Shown: in pieces, positions 1-14,995 of the stretch | Layout: each line of letters opens with the position of its first letter | How positions within the stretch are numbered: position 1 is the first letter of the stretch | Source: Raillietiella orientalis | Taxonomy: Eukaryota | DNA length: 64,000 nt | Assembly: GCA_036172245.1 (NCBI GenBank) | Contig: JAYWIR010000004.1 | Span: forward strand, 124,001 to 188,000 | Reading direction: 5' to 3' | Program-made: the position numbers and the translations under genes | The notes under the pieces: model-generated | Told to the model about the DNA's origin: nothing | Seen by the model: only the letters and a program-made list of their open reading frames with translations | Databases searched by the model: none

Positions 1-1
1 G

Positions 2-1366
2 TTTTGCCAAAGTTGCAGACTTCAACGCTGTTTTGAAGTAGGCATGCGTAAAGAGTGGATCTTGACAGATGAAGAAAAATATTTAAAACGTTGTAAAGTT
101 GAAGAGAACAGGACTCGTAAGGACAAAGAGTCTAGATCACAGATTCCACCTTTTCAGCAAGGTGCACATTTGGTTGTGTTTCAAAGTCAATAATATATGT
201 AACAAAGGAAGGTGCTGCATGTGAGAGACCTCAAGCCCGAGTAATGGGGATACAGCAAATGGACTTCCAGCTGGCTACAAAACAAGTGCCCAGTGCACAA
301 AAACATCATCAGTCATGTATCCATTTTCAAGCTGATCAAGAAAGTCCAGTTTCATCAAGCAGCAATAGCCTAAACCAAAAATCTACAGAAACAAATTCCA
401 AACTTAGAAAACACCTAAGTTTGTCATCCACATTTGATTTACACCACACATCAAACCTGTTAGATAATATTTCAGCATAACATGGTGGTTTTGCAGTATG
501 TCTTCCATTTTAGATATGGCATTAGCAGCAGAGTTTGGACGGACAAATACAGAATGCATTTTGAGTGAACTAACTGCAGCTGAGCAAGCACGTCTTCAAG
601 AATTGCTGATAGCTAATGAAGCTATGCAATCTCCGCTCATTGATGATGGAGTCACAACAGTATGTATGCATAAGGCTAGCAGAACAACGACTTTGTGGAA
701 GGACACAGTGGACCCATCACTGATCAATGTAATCAACTTGACTGATGTTGCTATCAGGAGATTGATAAAAATGGGAAAGAGAATTTCGGCATTCAAATCA
801 CTATGCCAAGCAGATCAAGTTGCTCTTCTCAAAGGAGGCTGCACAGAGCTACTAATCCTGCGATCAGTTATGTCATTTGATCCAGACCGTCATTCTTGGA
901 AAATACCACACAGCAGCACTACAGTGAACCACATTAAAGTAGATGTTTTAAAAGCAGCACCAGGAAACGTGTATGAACAACATCAGCGCTTTATTCAGTC
1001 CTTTGAACCATGCTGGAGAACTGATGACAACATCATGCTTTTGCTAGGGGCCATCACTCTGTTCTCACCAAACAGACCAAATATTATACATTATGATGTA
1101 GTGAAGTTTGAACAGGTTGTTTAGATTGCTTGAAATTATGTTCTTATTATGTTTTTTTACAGGATACGTATTTCTATCTTTTGAGATGCTATTTGAAGTC
1201 CATTTTGACTGGTTGTGAAGCTCGATCTTGTTATTTACAGCTTCTGCAAAGGCTGACCCAACTGCATATTCTTCATGAGAACCATGTGAGAGTCTTTTTA
1301 GACCTCAATCCTAAGGAAGTTGAGCCACTTCTTATTGAAATATTTGACCTGAAACCAAAGCCTTGA
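2..1366 (+). CDS. HR96: Nuclear hormone receptor HR96 (NR1J), 5'-partial, multi-exon
   Basis: From nt 2: FCQSCRLQRCFEVGMRKEWILTDEEK (end of C4 zinc-finger DBD and hinge). ORFs 498-1124 and 1130-1366 give the ligand-binding domain (AIRRLIKMGKRISAFKSLCQADQVALLKGGCTELLILRS) and AF-2 end (VEPLLIEIFDL). Short GT-AG introns, e.g. 162-207; hinge splice sites uncertain. Confidence 0.92.
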
Positions 1367-4300
1367 TGGTCATTCAGTTCATTTGGTTATTGTGCTCATA
1401 AAAGCCAACCTACAGTTTTTTGTATTTCCCATCTAGGGTTCTCCTGCATTGCAGTCCATTAAAGAATGTAGCATATCATATTGAAATCAAGATATATTGT
1501 GTTCAAGACAGTTGCAAATAGTGTACTTTCTTTTTGAGTTTAAAACAACACGAAAATGTAGGAGAGCACTATACATCAAGTTCAAGGCCAGAACTCATGC
1601 ACAAGAGTTGAATGCCGAAGATTTCATTAATAAAATATAACTGTGACAAAACGTTTCTTAACAGGAACCATTAACAGATTTCTTTATGTTTTAATGTTCT
1701 CTCAATGAACGATTTTTTAATTTTTAAGGAAGCTGAGATTACGGTGCATATGATTATCGGACATCTAAGCATGCTATTGACAAAAATTGTCCAACACGCA
1801 TAGCACTTTGCACAGCAACGTTCTTAAACCTGATCCAGAACGAAAGACGAAGCTTTTGATAGTGGATCAGAGAAAATTACAATCAGAGCCCTAAAGGAAA
1901 GCATTATATCATGCAAACTTGTTTGAAAAATATGTGCATGTTGATAGATAAGACAACGTGCATGTTGACTGTGTCTATTATAGTAACAAATAAAAAGTAA
2001 ATTAGGTTGAAATAACTTATTGATGTGAAGGACACTGCTGAACGCACTGAAAGTTTTGTCCACGAAGGCTGATCATGAAAACGATATCACAGATCGCATG
2101 GCAAGCTTGCAAAAAGAGATGTACTTGGAACCTTGTGGCAATTTACATTCTGTACACGAAAATCATTAACCGGAATTCAATTTTTGCAAAGATACCTCGG
2201 CACACATGCTCTTAATACTGAAGTTCACACTATAAGAATGTATTCAAGACTGAGTCACACAGGCAAGAAACATAATTGCAGCCCTCGGCATGCATGACTC
2301 TACTAACTTATTTTAATTTGTTTGACCTCTACTCAAGTTATTATTGAGTCTTGTTTCATGCAGTCCGCAATTACAGAGAGCCTGAAGTCGTCCGAAGCAT
2401 GCCTGCCACCAGCTAACCGTTTTAGAACCCATAAAGGGAAAGAGCTATCAGAAATCCTGTTAATTTATTATACGGAGCTAAATGATAATGCGGTTTGTAG
2501 TATGAGAACCATGGATTAAGCCAGCAGAATCTCCGTTTTTATATAAGCGTTTAGTTCATAACATTATATGCTCAAAATCAGTAGCCCAAATTTCTGCGTA
2601 ACCTACATTCCTTTCTTGGATTTTCTTTCTGAACAAACTTTTGCAGCTTCATTTTCCGAAACTGCTTGATACCTATCTAAGAATAAAGAGGACATAGGCT
2701 GTCCTTCACATAAGGAAATAATCCAATCTCGTCCAGTCCAAGTTATCGAGAATGTTCATTGTAAGCCCTCATGACATTTGCATCATTGTCATATTTCACG
2801 AGTCCTTGTCAGTCATACACATGATATGCGATTGATTTTTAGACAAACATGTTTCGATTTATCTTTTGTTTTGACAGGACGAGAACATTGCATTCTTCTA
2901 CCGATGTGTAGCACCATATAGATTCTCATTTCATAGAAATGGAAATACATGGAAAAGATTAGCGTTACTTATTAGAAAGTGAACGCAGGCATTTGGATCA
3001 AACTGATAAGACTAGATAATTCATTTAGGAAGATCATGGTTAGCCTTGAAGTGTGAATTAAGTATCGAAACGTCGCTATTATTTCTTGGCAAAATTAAAA
3101 TATGCATTGGAAGTATTTCAATAATCCAGATTTCACTTTGTAATTCGTTTTCACTGATAATGGGCAGATGATTTAATTATGCATCGTCAAAAAGTTTCAT
3201 TTAGTAAACTTCATTCCACCATATTTGCTAGCTTCATGGAGCAATAGCAAACTCCCACAACAGAATAAATACCAGTCTTCTAGAACAGATTTTTTGAATT
3301 CTATCATGCTTCTCCATGTATATCAAGTTGCTGTACTAAGATGAACGAAAACGTAACATGAGTGTTGTAATTTCAGAGCGTGCACTTGGTTTCTGAACCT
3401 TTCAGTTTATTGAAAATTTTTCATTAATGCAAAGAATTAAACTAATTTAATAGTCACTGTTTCTGTATTCCAACCAAGAACCATTTTTTTTAGTGTTGGA
3501 TTTTTGATTGTGCTGTATTGTACAGTTCAGCAGATGATGCTCTTTTAGAGAATACTGAAAAATCTGCGATATCCCAAACCCTTGCATTTTCCACCTATAG
3601 TTGGTTTTCTGAGGAAAAGAGAGAACTAAATGATTGCTATTGTTGTAGGATCCAAAATGCAATCGGATGGAATTTCCTCTGTAATGATACTGGATAGACT
3701 TGATCAAATATATGTAGTTGAAGTTGTATGTATGCAAGAATTAAAATGTTTATGATGATGAAAGTGTTTTGAAGCATTCATTTGGAACAAATTATTATGT
3801 GGAATTTTAGCTGTAATATAATTAGTTTAGGTAGAAAAAAATGTTCTGAAACGAAAGATCATGAGGATTTGAGTGCCTTTTGTACAAAGCCGGAGTCAAA
3901 TAAAAATGAACATCTCATGTTCGTATCAAATTATGCTCATTGTTAATTATACGTGGCATAATATGATTGAATTTGCAGATGGATGCCATTAGCGTTAAGA
4001 ATGACATCTGTAAGTTGAGGAAAACAATGACGTTAGATGTAGTTAGTTACACTGGTTACTGCATTATTGAAGAGAAACTTAACGCGCGATGATTGAATAT
4101 AATTGTAGGGGATTCGATGATGGAATGTGTTCAGAAACATCAAGTGATTGATGAGAATCTGTTAAAGGATCCAAGAATGGTTCTTTGGAAGTGCTCAAGA
4201 AAGGCATTTCGGTTGGAATAGTATAAGATACGATCTCTCGTATAGAGAATGGACGTAATAGTATTTTAACGTGCGGACATAGACTCAGTAGTTAGCCGTT

Positions 4301-5059
4301 TGATTAATACCATGAACAGCTGCCATGTTCAATGTTGAATTTAATATCTGATGAAAAATCTCTGTTGATTCCAAAGGATGTTAAATTATTTGAAATTTGT
4401 TTTTTTAATCTTAAAAAATTTGGAAAGATGGAATGTTGCCCAGGAAGGTGATGAAGAATAAACTCTTGTAATGTATCAATCTTGTGTGAAGTATTATGCT
4501 GCGAAAACAAAGCATGTTAACCTAATGGGTAACTGTTTGTCACATGCAGAGATTTCCAGTTGGTATAGCTATTTTGTAATTTGATCGTTGTACAAATATG
4601 CATGCTCTGAGATCAGATCAGCATAAGCCAGATTGGTTTAACTACTGAAGGCTTCGTGCTTTTTCCTCATAGCTGTTTTCTCTTGCTGAAACGGACTACA
4701 GCTTGGAATTCGCTTGTTTCTTGTACTTGTTTTGTTTTACCATCACCCTAGGAGGCGTGGTAAAGGGCCTAGGAACATTTTAGGAAGGCTCTCTGGGGCA
4801 CTGCACAACCCAAAGTCCTCCTCAAAGACGTTGTACAAATATAGTGTAAGAGAAATGACCATAGCTAACAGGAGCAATGGAATTCTTCTGTTTCATAACA
4901 GGACTAACCTAATTTTTAGGCAGTTGGTAGGCAGAGCAGCTGCAGAACAACCGCTAATATCCTCGTAAAAAAAATGCTCTGGTGTGGGGAACTTGTGAAC
5001 ATTCCTCCAGAACTAGTATTTGCTTCGAAAGTGTTTGTATAGTCCTGCTCTCCGTATTA

Positions 5060-5500
5060 ACTAGTGGGAGAGCCTTTATTCTTGCGGGTTTCTTGGGCCA
5101 CGGGATCGCCGAACGAGAGGAAAAGTCTTCTTAAACTGCGCCATGTGCGAGGAAGTTGAATTGCTCCTGCACTTGCTTACTGGCTCTGGTGCATTTCACT
5201 GCAGCTAGCAACGCCTGATGACAGTCCTAATAAACCCAAAAGACTACCGGAAGGAGATGATGTGAGACTGTTTCATTCGCAACACACCGTCGCCTGCCGT
5301 CTCAGTAGCCATGCAGCATTGCATCCGAAGAATAGGTCATGAGATAGATCTGTGCTAGCAAGGACTGGCGTCCAGGTATTTCGCTTTCTCTGTACCCAAG
5401 CGAAGAAAACGAAAGTTCTGTATTGAACAAAGAGTAAAGAAACTGCTGATGACATCTTATTCAGGATGCTGAAGGCACAGTGCGAATAGCAATTGAGCTC
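5060..5500 (+). mobile_element. Degenerate 3' fragment of an L1/Tx1-like non-LTR retrotransposon
   Basis: Broken frame LNCAMCEEVELLLHLL...PAVSVAMQHCIRRI resembles ANCAGCEERETFPHLII...PAAACVAVLYCIRGI of the element at 18060-19340; contains stops. Boundaries approximate. Confidence 0.5.
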
Positions 5501-8500
5501 CAATTATTTATTTTTATTAACCTTTGTTTATTCATTACCGTCATTACTTTTATCGCTATCTCCTCCTTACCATCAGACAGCAGATTGGAAAACAAGGCTA
5601 TTGCTTCAAGTATTGACTCTGGGAGACTTCCTATGAGTAGCGAACTCTAAATGCTGTAGTAAATGTAACACCTTGATGCGAGATTTTTGGCTGGGACTGA
5701 AAAAAAAAATTATTAAATCAAAAATGGAGAAATAAAGAATAAAAAAGTCTTTAGGAAAATCAAAAGGCTTCCGACTGCTTCCATATCAATCTAATTTTAA
5801 AAGATTTCAATCTAGTCTGCTATCAAGTCTTATGAATCAGTTTCTTAGATGCATTTCCCTTTGAAGTACATCTAATTCTGTCTCCTATTGGGTTCAAGAT
5901 ATCAAATTAAATACATGTAGTATAACTTACGAAATTTGCACTAAGTCCAGTGCTTTTAGGATACTCTGTAATGGCCATTCTATATTTTGCATTGTTTCAT
6001 TTTTTTCATATGTAATATATACTTCTCTATTATTTTGTATTTCTTTATTCTTTCTTTATTTGGAATTAATTTTTTTGCTTGAACAATTCTATTGGTGTTA
6101 TGAAGATTTAGTAATTTTATTGGATTTCCATTTTTAAGAAAGTTTGTGTTTTAAACACACTGAGATATCACGTGAGCTGTAGAGAAATTTATGATAAGCA
6201 ATTCTCAAATAACCTTGGACTTGCGAAAAAAAAGATATCTCATGAGATGCTAATTCACTTCTTTTCATGAAATTCTCCGGTTTTTCCTCTCTTTAATGGA
6301 TTCTTATTAGTCCATTAAACAAGACCCACTGAAATACGTAATGAACGTGTACTTAATAGGGATCACGTTGAAGATTAAGAATCAGTTTAACATAGTATGG
6401 GATTACGAAGCAATCAAAAGAATGAAAGTTGATACTTATCAAGAAAGTTTCCTCTTTTTTGTACACTAAGCATCAGTTGCAATCTCTCTCATTATAAGTT
6501 TTATGATGAATTATTTAAAATTTGATCATTCTGAGAAATTCTTCAGCTGAAATCTTGTGTCAGTTCCAATTAAAGGTGATTTCAATTAAGAACTTTCAAC
6601 ATTGCATAAGACTGAATCTTCTTAAATAATTTGAAAATTGCAATGCATTTCGTAAAAAGAAATTTTATAATAATCAAAAAAATCACTTGGTAATTCCGTT
6701 TGTAAACTTACTAACGGAGATGATCACAGTGGTCTACCTGCAGGTATAATGACTTTTTAAACACTCCAGAAAGATGTCTGTGGAAACTCTTCCGAAAGAT
6801 TTTAGAAATTTAAGAGCTTGTTTATTTTGCTCTCTGGTAAAAGTAAGTATTTTGCTCCACAAATCTGTTTTAAACACCTGTTTGGTTTACTTTTTAATAT
6901 GGAACTGAATGTATTCATCCTACGGATTTAACACCCGCTTCGTTATGCAGAAAGTTAAGATTTTAAAAAATGCGCGTTTTGATTAATAGATATGGCAACT
7001 TATGAGCACTGTATTGCAAGTTTTTCTCCAAACACGTTGTTAGTTATCTGTTAAGATATTTCTTTTACAGACTTTCGAACAGTTTGAATTTGATGGCTGT
7101 GATAACTGTGAAGAATTTTTGCGGATGAAAAACAATAGAGACAATGTATATGATTGCACTAGTTCCAATTATGATGGGTAATTATATCACATTGAGCATT
7201 TTGTGCCAAATTGTATTTACTATCTACTTGTTCTTTTATCTGTGTGTATATGTTTGTATGTACATATGTGTGTGTGTATATAAGTCTTAATGTGTGTGTG
7301 TCTATGAAAATATTTAATCATAAACATGTTAAGATATCAACTTGGCAAAAATTTGTTTAAAATGTTTCTTAAAAACATTTTCTTATCAGTGATATAAGGT
7401 AGGGTCTACTCAGTGTACATTAAACAGCAGCGGTATTTCTTAACATATTTGTGATTAGCTGTGACTTCACTTAACATTCCTTTATAAACTTAGTTCCAAT
7501 AGTCAGAAAATTTTTTGAATCCAAAGGAATTGTTATCTCATCTGATTATCATCGGGTCTATTGATATCTCATCTGTTGGTAAATCAGTACACTCCTTATG
7601 CCCTTACTATTCTTTACTATATGGTTAAGCATGCTTAAGCATTTTGATGTATTAGCTGTGTAATTGTATTTGTACATATGATCTATAATAATTAATTTCT
7701 TCTGTATCATGTTAAGCCATGAAAGTACTAATGTGGAGTTTCAGCAAGTTCTGTGAATACATATGATTTGTTAATTACAAATGAAAAAATGAAATGAATT
7801 CTCAATCTTCAAGTAAATGGTAAATATCACCAAATGTATCAACAAAGGTACATTCATTGATATTTGAATCATCAAATTTGTGTTTTAAAACTAGTTTTGG
7901 TTTTTAGACTGGACTTCACTATTAACATATTTTGCATATCTTTATTTGTTATTGTTATAGCAGGTTCTTTTCTGTATTCAGTTTTCTTCATTGAAACTTT
8001 AAAAAGATATTTAATTGTAATAGCCATTTCTTGCCTCATAAATTAGGTGCTGATTTTTTGTTAAACTCTTACAAATATTTGTTAATTATGTGTAAGAGCT
8101 TTTGTTTCCATTTGTTTGCTGGTTTGTTGTTACATAAGCCTATGCAATTGTTTGTGTCGTATGTAATTGATCGTTTTTCCAAGTGATCCGTTTTCAAACA
8201 TATCGGCAATATTAAAACTTCATGAAGAATTTGTGATATTGGAATCATGTATTATTTTATTTACGTAGTTGCATTTTTGAAAGATGATTGAGCTGTTTTG
8301 TGCACTAGAAAGCAAGTTGTAACCTTCCAATTGTATATTTGAATTTATTGTTTTCATTTCTCCCAGAGTTGGAGAATGCATTTGCCTACAGCAGGCATAA
8401 CACTTAAAGTTGTTATTCCCTTTTATATCATCATATCTTTGTTTAATTAAAAGCTGTATCTATTTTTTAAATGGTTGTTCCTCCCTTTTTTATCAATTTT

Positions 8501-10903
8501 AATTATGTTTTACATTTTAAAAAATGTCATGTTACTGTTCATGAAGTGAAAGTTTTCTTGTACTATGAAGTCTATTTAAAGGTATTTAGAGGTATTTAAA
8601 GTTTGATGTTGCCAAAAATAGGTAATTGAGCAGCAGTAGAGGATAGAACCTGCAAACTTTTATGAATTCTAAAAAATAATCATGTGTTATAAATGATAAA
8701 AAATAATGAAAAATTTCCAAAAGAGTGTTTTATTCATGGGAAAAAAAAATAAGAATACCCTAGCAAACAAGTATACATCCATTTTTTCGTGAATGATAAG
8801 TTGCATTACGTGTTAAACATTTGATACAGCGAACTTCAAGAATTTGCATCAAATGTTAGGCCTATCAATCATCATTTGTAACCTTGCGAAGGCTACATGT
8901 TTAAGTTCGTTGATTTCATTCGTAATGCCAATAATTGAGCAATGATGGCTTGGGCATACGCCTTCGAAAGGAGTACGTTTTTGTGTGTATCTTTTTTTCT
9001 CTCGCTCTCTCTCTCACACACACACACACACAATATTCCGTTTGGTCGTCGATCATGAATCGCTTTCAAAACCTGCTTAAATGTGAGCAGTACGTACTGT
9101 GTCGAAATGGGTCCAGATGATGATCAAATAGGATGGGTGCCTGTGTGTCGTTTGCGGATGTACGCAGCAAATGTTTGATTCATTCTTCATAACCCGATGC
9201 AATTTCTGATGTGTAGCCATGATGGTCTGCGTATTTCCGGTGTTGACACTTTGTGCATTTATATGAAATTTGCTTTTTAGGCTGATTGCTGCTTGTTGTC
9301 CTGACGACAGCTGGGTAGCCAAGTGGCAGAGAATCAGTACGTATCCGTACAATGTTCCCAAGTTCATTTTTAAAGAATGGATGGTTTATTTCTTGGTAAA
9401 TTGTAGAACTTTCGTGGTTTCCCCAAGATTGTGCGCAATGCCGGTGCAGTTTGATCTCGTAGTGTGATGGTGTCCTCATAGTAAACGTAGTCCTCAAGTG
9501 ATGTAGTCCTCGAGTAAACGTGATTGTGGTATGTTGTCTTGCGTGTATTTAATCGTTGTAACATGATCAGTTGAGGGAGTGTGCACTGTATCTCAGATAC
9601 CAGGAACTGTACACAAGGTGCAGTTTTTTTTTATGTGCTTAAGTTACAATCAATGGAGTAGTATTTCATAATCGCAGCTAGAAGACGAGATGTAGGAAAA
9701 TCTGGTTGGTCGCATTTTCCGATTCAGTCTTCACCTCAGTCTTGTGCTTTTGACAAGTATATCGACCGTTATCTTGGGAGGCGAGTCAAGTTGCCTCGTA
9801 TCTTTTAGTCTTCGTGTTAATGGGCACAATTCCGGTAACAAATACTACTGAACATCCAAGGTAGTATGGGAGAAAATTTTATTAAAAATTCCAAAACTGT
9901 CAGACCGCTCACCACAATGAGCATCAAAGCCAGTTACCCCGGCTGACCTCATGCAAGGTGCAACGACGAATTGAGGAAGCAGAATTTCAGATCAAGTTCC
10001 TTTAGGTTTATTGCGCGAACACCCTAATGTCAGGAAGTAAGAACATCACGATATCAGTAGTCCATCGGAGTATGAAGGGGAGCGCGAGTGCAAACACGAG
10101 CAAAAAAAGTGTTTAGGAGAGATGAACTCGATAGCTACTCGGAACATCTTCCTGTATTGCTATTCATCATTTTTCAGTCTGACGAAATCTCGTAAACCGA
10201 GTCAGAAATGATGGGGCATAGGCACGGGAAAGGTGCTGGTTAAATGGTTAGCCTTTGAGTGCTTTTTAGATAGGTTATTTGCTTGCAAAAATGGTGCGAT
10301 TCTTTCGTAGTAATTATGAGGAACGAAGAGAATGCTCGCTTGTGTCGGGAGACCATGTGAGGTCGTGTCCCTATGAAAGATCCCTCATCTCCTGGGAAAG
10401 GCAGAATCCTTCCTTGCCTTCCCTCTTCAGGAGTCTTTACACCCAGCATTCATCTGGTGACGCAAGGGTGTCTAACTCCGTGGAAACCGAAATCCATCCA
10501 AAAGTTTGCAAATTTATTGACCATGTATACCTGTCGTTTCTTTGCTGTTCTGTTTGCTGTGCGAGACTCCACATCCCCATTGATGGGAAGCTTTTCCCTT
10601 TTTTATTTGTAGTTGATCTAGAGACCTAACGCAGTTATTAAAATAAAAAAAATAATGCGCATTATTTCAATCGCATAACTGTTGTCTCTAATGCATGCTT
10701 TGTTTTTTAGATCGCTTTACACCAGGAGTGTATGCAGTATCTGTTTCGGGAAAACTTCCTATGGGAATCATACGTGAACTTAAGAGCCGAGGCATAGTGT
10801 ATAGATCACGTGATACCAGTCAAAAACAATAAATGTTATTTAAGGTACATCGACTCGTTTTCGTTCTGGGCTGGTATTGTGGTATTTTGAACATTCGTGA
10901 AGT

Positions 10904-12324
10904 TCAATTCATTTTTATTTTTGGTATTATCTCAAGGGCCGCCTTGTTGCTAATCTCAATTAAATCACGTATGTAGCCAATTTCCTGAGGGTTCGCCACT
11001 CGAACTGCTACACAAAGTAAGAGGTCCTTTTTCATCAAGTGACCCATGCACCTGAAAAACAACACCAATTGCAGAATAAGTATATTTTATTTAATGCAGT
11101 GCACCTAATTAAGGTGCCTTCCGGAATCGATGGGAAAAGGTTGTCCATTTCGTAAAAGGCACACTGTATGGAGATGGATGTGTAAGAATCCAATAAACGA
11201 AATGTAACTAAACCGGGCTCATGCCTTGGACTTTGTAGGATGCCTGCAAGAAAGGCCAAAGATTTGTAATGCTCACCAGCGTGAGATGATGCGCGTGATC
11301 TTTCTGTTGTATTCTTCGATCACTTGTCTTACCGTATTTTATGTAAAAATGAAAATGTAGGAAAGACTGAAAAGCATTCCGGATCGAAAGTACGTTAGAA
11401 CATTAGAAAGAACCATATTCTTGGTTGAAAAAGCTCAGGAAGTCGAATAAATAGAAAGAAAGCTACATAGAAATCACGTGGTCAACACAAGAAAATAAGA
11501 TAGCTCTAGATTTATAGTCTCTAGGTAATTCTAGGTACTATCATGATGTAGTTGCTAATTGAATTTTTGATCGTAAAATTTATCAATATGCTAGAAGTGT
11601 GTTGAATACCCTACGAACTGAGGGTGCCTACAACCGCGTACACGAAAAAAAAAAGAAGGAAAAATGCATACGTTACTTTATTTTGTGCACGAGAAAAACC
11701 GTGCTTTATCTCAGTTGTCGATGCTTTTCCTATTTAGTGAAAGTTGCTCCTTGTTAAGATTCCATTCTTATACGAAAATCTCCTCCTACCTTGGTAATAT
11801 TCTGTAACGTTCAAGCTACTCTATGTATACGTGTACTACGCTGGTGTGGGATTCTGAGAGCAAGGAACGAGTGACCAACGAGCAAAGCAACGCATCGCAT
11901 GGCAAATGAAGCGCTTGCAAAGTGTATTTTCAGCACGGTACTGCAGATCTCACCCGCACAATTCTGTACGTCGAAAGTAAGCTATTCGGAAACCATGCGA
12001 TGGTACTGCAATGGTTTTGCATTGATGAACCTCGCCGGGATGGTCGAAACGAAAACTGAATCAAACTTTCTTACCGAAGACCTCGAAAAGTATGGATACG
12101 TAATCTGCCAGGAACGCCCACTGGAAAACCTCTTTTGGTGTAGCTGTGAGAATCCGAAGGTTTGAATCCTTCACGAGTTTTGTGGAAACATGAGATGGCT
12201 TAGCTACAGATGTTCGGTGCTTTTGAAAGAGATCGCGTTCATCTTTGCTGGTTGGCAGCAATCTGCGACCCACTGAGCTTGCAGACCTTTCTCTTTCGTT
12301 CGCGCCTTCTGAAAGCGACAGCAT
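10904..12324 (-). CDS. SPATA22: Spermatogenesis-associated protein 22 (meiotic OB-fold partner of MEIOB)
   Basis: Exons 12075-12324, 11105-11243 and 10904-11051 splice in frame via GT-AG introns (831 and 53 nt) to ...LRILTATPKEVFQWAFLADYVSILFEVFGILQSP...TFRLLDSYTSISIQCAFYEMDNLFPSIPEGTLIRCMGHL...LLCVAVRVA, matching the SPATA22 pattern LRI...W...LFEV...C.FYE.D...RC.G...C..VR.A. The true 5' end may lie further upstream. Confidence 0.82.
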
Positions 12325-14963
12325 CCATTATACAGAATGTTGGTAATTGCATTTAGAATATAGAGTTAAGCAGCTTAACAACTTGAAACAAAGGAATCGA
12401 CTATCAAGTTATCAGTTTCGGTAACCCATTTTGACAAGGCCTTAGTCCAGACTTAGACGAAGGTGATGCTTGAAACTTTCAAAAAGTTTTCCAAGCATAA
12501 AATTCTTGGAGGAAAATTTGTTTGCTTTTTGTTTGAAGGTCGGTGTCGAGCCCAGGAAGGAGAGGAAACAGCAGTCGCATAAAATACTTCAGGAAACAAA
12601 CGCAAAAGGGCGCGCAATTCAGAATTGCAATTAAAATGGAAATCAGACTTGGATCTTTGAGAAATATTCCCTCTGACCGCCAAAATATAGAAACTGAAGT
12701 TTAGAAAGTCACTTCTGAACCTTAGGTGGTCAGTGACATTTCCATCCACTTCATGTGGTACTGCTTTGCATTCACAATTACGCCAAAAGCGCATCCCAGA
12801 ACATCTCAACACCGCTATCCTCCATTCGCCATGTCATTTACAAAGTGCTCGAAAATACACGTCTGGTGTTCCATTATTCTTGCGAGATTTTTCTATGCAC
12901 GAATTTAGGCATTTTCATTCCATGGGAGGTTCTTGGAGTAATTCTTCAAGAGTTTTCTGAAAAGTGTACACCTCCTCACTCGAGTCCATCACTGTCAACG
13001 GCTCAAACACGCGAAAAATCCAAGGACTCGAATCATTGTACAGATTCGTGACACTTCCTCTCATAGCTTTCACAGACCATTGCGTTTTCCTCGGAGTCAA
13101 AACGTTGATGAAGAATTACAAAGTGGAGCTTTTCCTTGCAACATCCGAGAACGGACTTATTGATCCTTTCTTGGCCAAAATCTGCTCATTCGATTGATTT
13201 TGCATTTGTCACGGGGAAAAGAGGAATCCACTTCCTACTAAAGTGTAAAAGTCTCCCGTATGTAGTAAAAAATAAGAGAAATCATGCTACGGTGATAATC
13301 CATAATTCCAGGCTTTTTTTTTGGCTTCCTCCATCTCATATCGTCAGTTCTGTTTGTACGAATAACTGCTGATGAAATTACTTCTTGGGTATGCCGAATT
13401 CATGCCGAGCACAAATAAAAATGTCTTCACGACACCTCTTAAGATATCAAAAGAGTTACGATTACGATTCCTATCACTCTCTTTTCCCTTAATTCTTGGA
13501 GCATTGCGCGACAATCATCCATTGAACAGAATGCAAACTTTTACAAATTTTGGATATTCGGCTGATTTTTACCATATTTTCTAATACAGCCCATCACGGC
13601 TCTCCCCTTTAAGCGTTCCACACATCGGAAGACCAGTGAGGAAAAAACATACAGTCTTTTGCACTCTAGTTGAAATTATGTGTTCATAAGACACAGCTTT
13701 CGTCTGGGAACGTACTTTCATTTAATTTATGAATAAAAAAAAAATTGTTGTAAGAATCTCTGTTATGTTTCCAATTGAACAAAAAACAACTCAAGTAACT
13801 TTACTCATGGTATTTCCTTGGGTTTCTTAGTCATCATATGAACATCTGAAACTTTAATCAAATGAATAAATTTACATTCACCATTATTTTGTCTTGGGTT
13901 CACAACAGATCATTCTACAACTTAAAATTGTAGCGTCCAATTCCAACGCATTTAGTTTGCACAGCGTTGAAAAATCGCTATAAAGGAAAATTCAGATTTG
14001 TGTTAAGGGGTGTTTCCTAAGGAATAGTCTGGATGAGGAGATCCTTAGCAAACACTGTTGATTACATATTCACAGCAACTGTGCTATTTCAGGCTTCTCT
14101 TATGTTTCATAGATTGCAGAAAAGTGTAATTTAATCAGCTTCATTGTCTAAACGAATGGGATTGTTCAAATATGCAGACTCAGAAATAAATGAATGAATA
14201 TTACAATTGTACCTGATGGTTGTTGTGACAAGGAAGTTAATTTCAGTGCTAAACACATGAACATGACATTCAGTTATATTTGAAAGCATAAATTTACTTG
14301 AGTTTGAAATAGATGTTGTAGAGTCTTGTTTGCTCTCCTTTGTTGCATCATGAATTAATTTTTTCATAGTTGTATTGCTCCGGAAAACGAATCTGTCTCC
14401 TTTTAACATATCGAAGAAAACTGAAAGGATTAACAAAAGTTCAAGCATCCATACATTTGAAATCTTGATGAATTGCAGTTTTGAAGATCATCATCATAAT
14501 AATAAAATGAACAGCCATACATATATGCATGTGTATGTATACACAAACATATGTGTATAATGGATACATTCACATACATGGATTTTGTAATGAACCATTT
14601 AACTATATACCAACACAAATCTTACAAGTTCATGCACCTCATAGTAGCATTTACGTTCCCCCCGAAGACATTTTTTTCCTTTTTCTACTTGTAATGTATT
14701 CTTCCAGCACCACCGCCACCTTTTGATCATTTCCGAATAGGCCTAAATCTCATATTAGCTATGATTTAGGATTCCTATTTTAGGAAAAATGGAAATCCAT
14801 TTTTCTTTTAGTCCTCATTGTGCATTCTTCTCGAGTTCTCCTTAAAGGAATTTTATATTGCAGTTTCAAGCACTGTTCATCTTTTAGTTGAGAATCATTT
14901 TAGGGGATAGTTTGTTTATTTATTTGCAATTCATGCAAGACAGAAATACATATAAGTGTATAT

Positions 14964-14995
<32 letters not shown>

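Noticed and set aside
3840..4300. IVGDSM motif suggesting an SGNH/esterase-type retrotransposon ORF1 relic
   Set aside because: A single short motif amid stops; not enough to support a call.
9060..9564. Overlapping minus-strand ORFs that could be one frameshifted viral- or transposon-like gene (CTKC motif)
   Set aside because: No family recognised, multiple frame breaks, no flanking structure.
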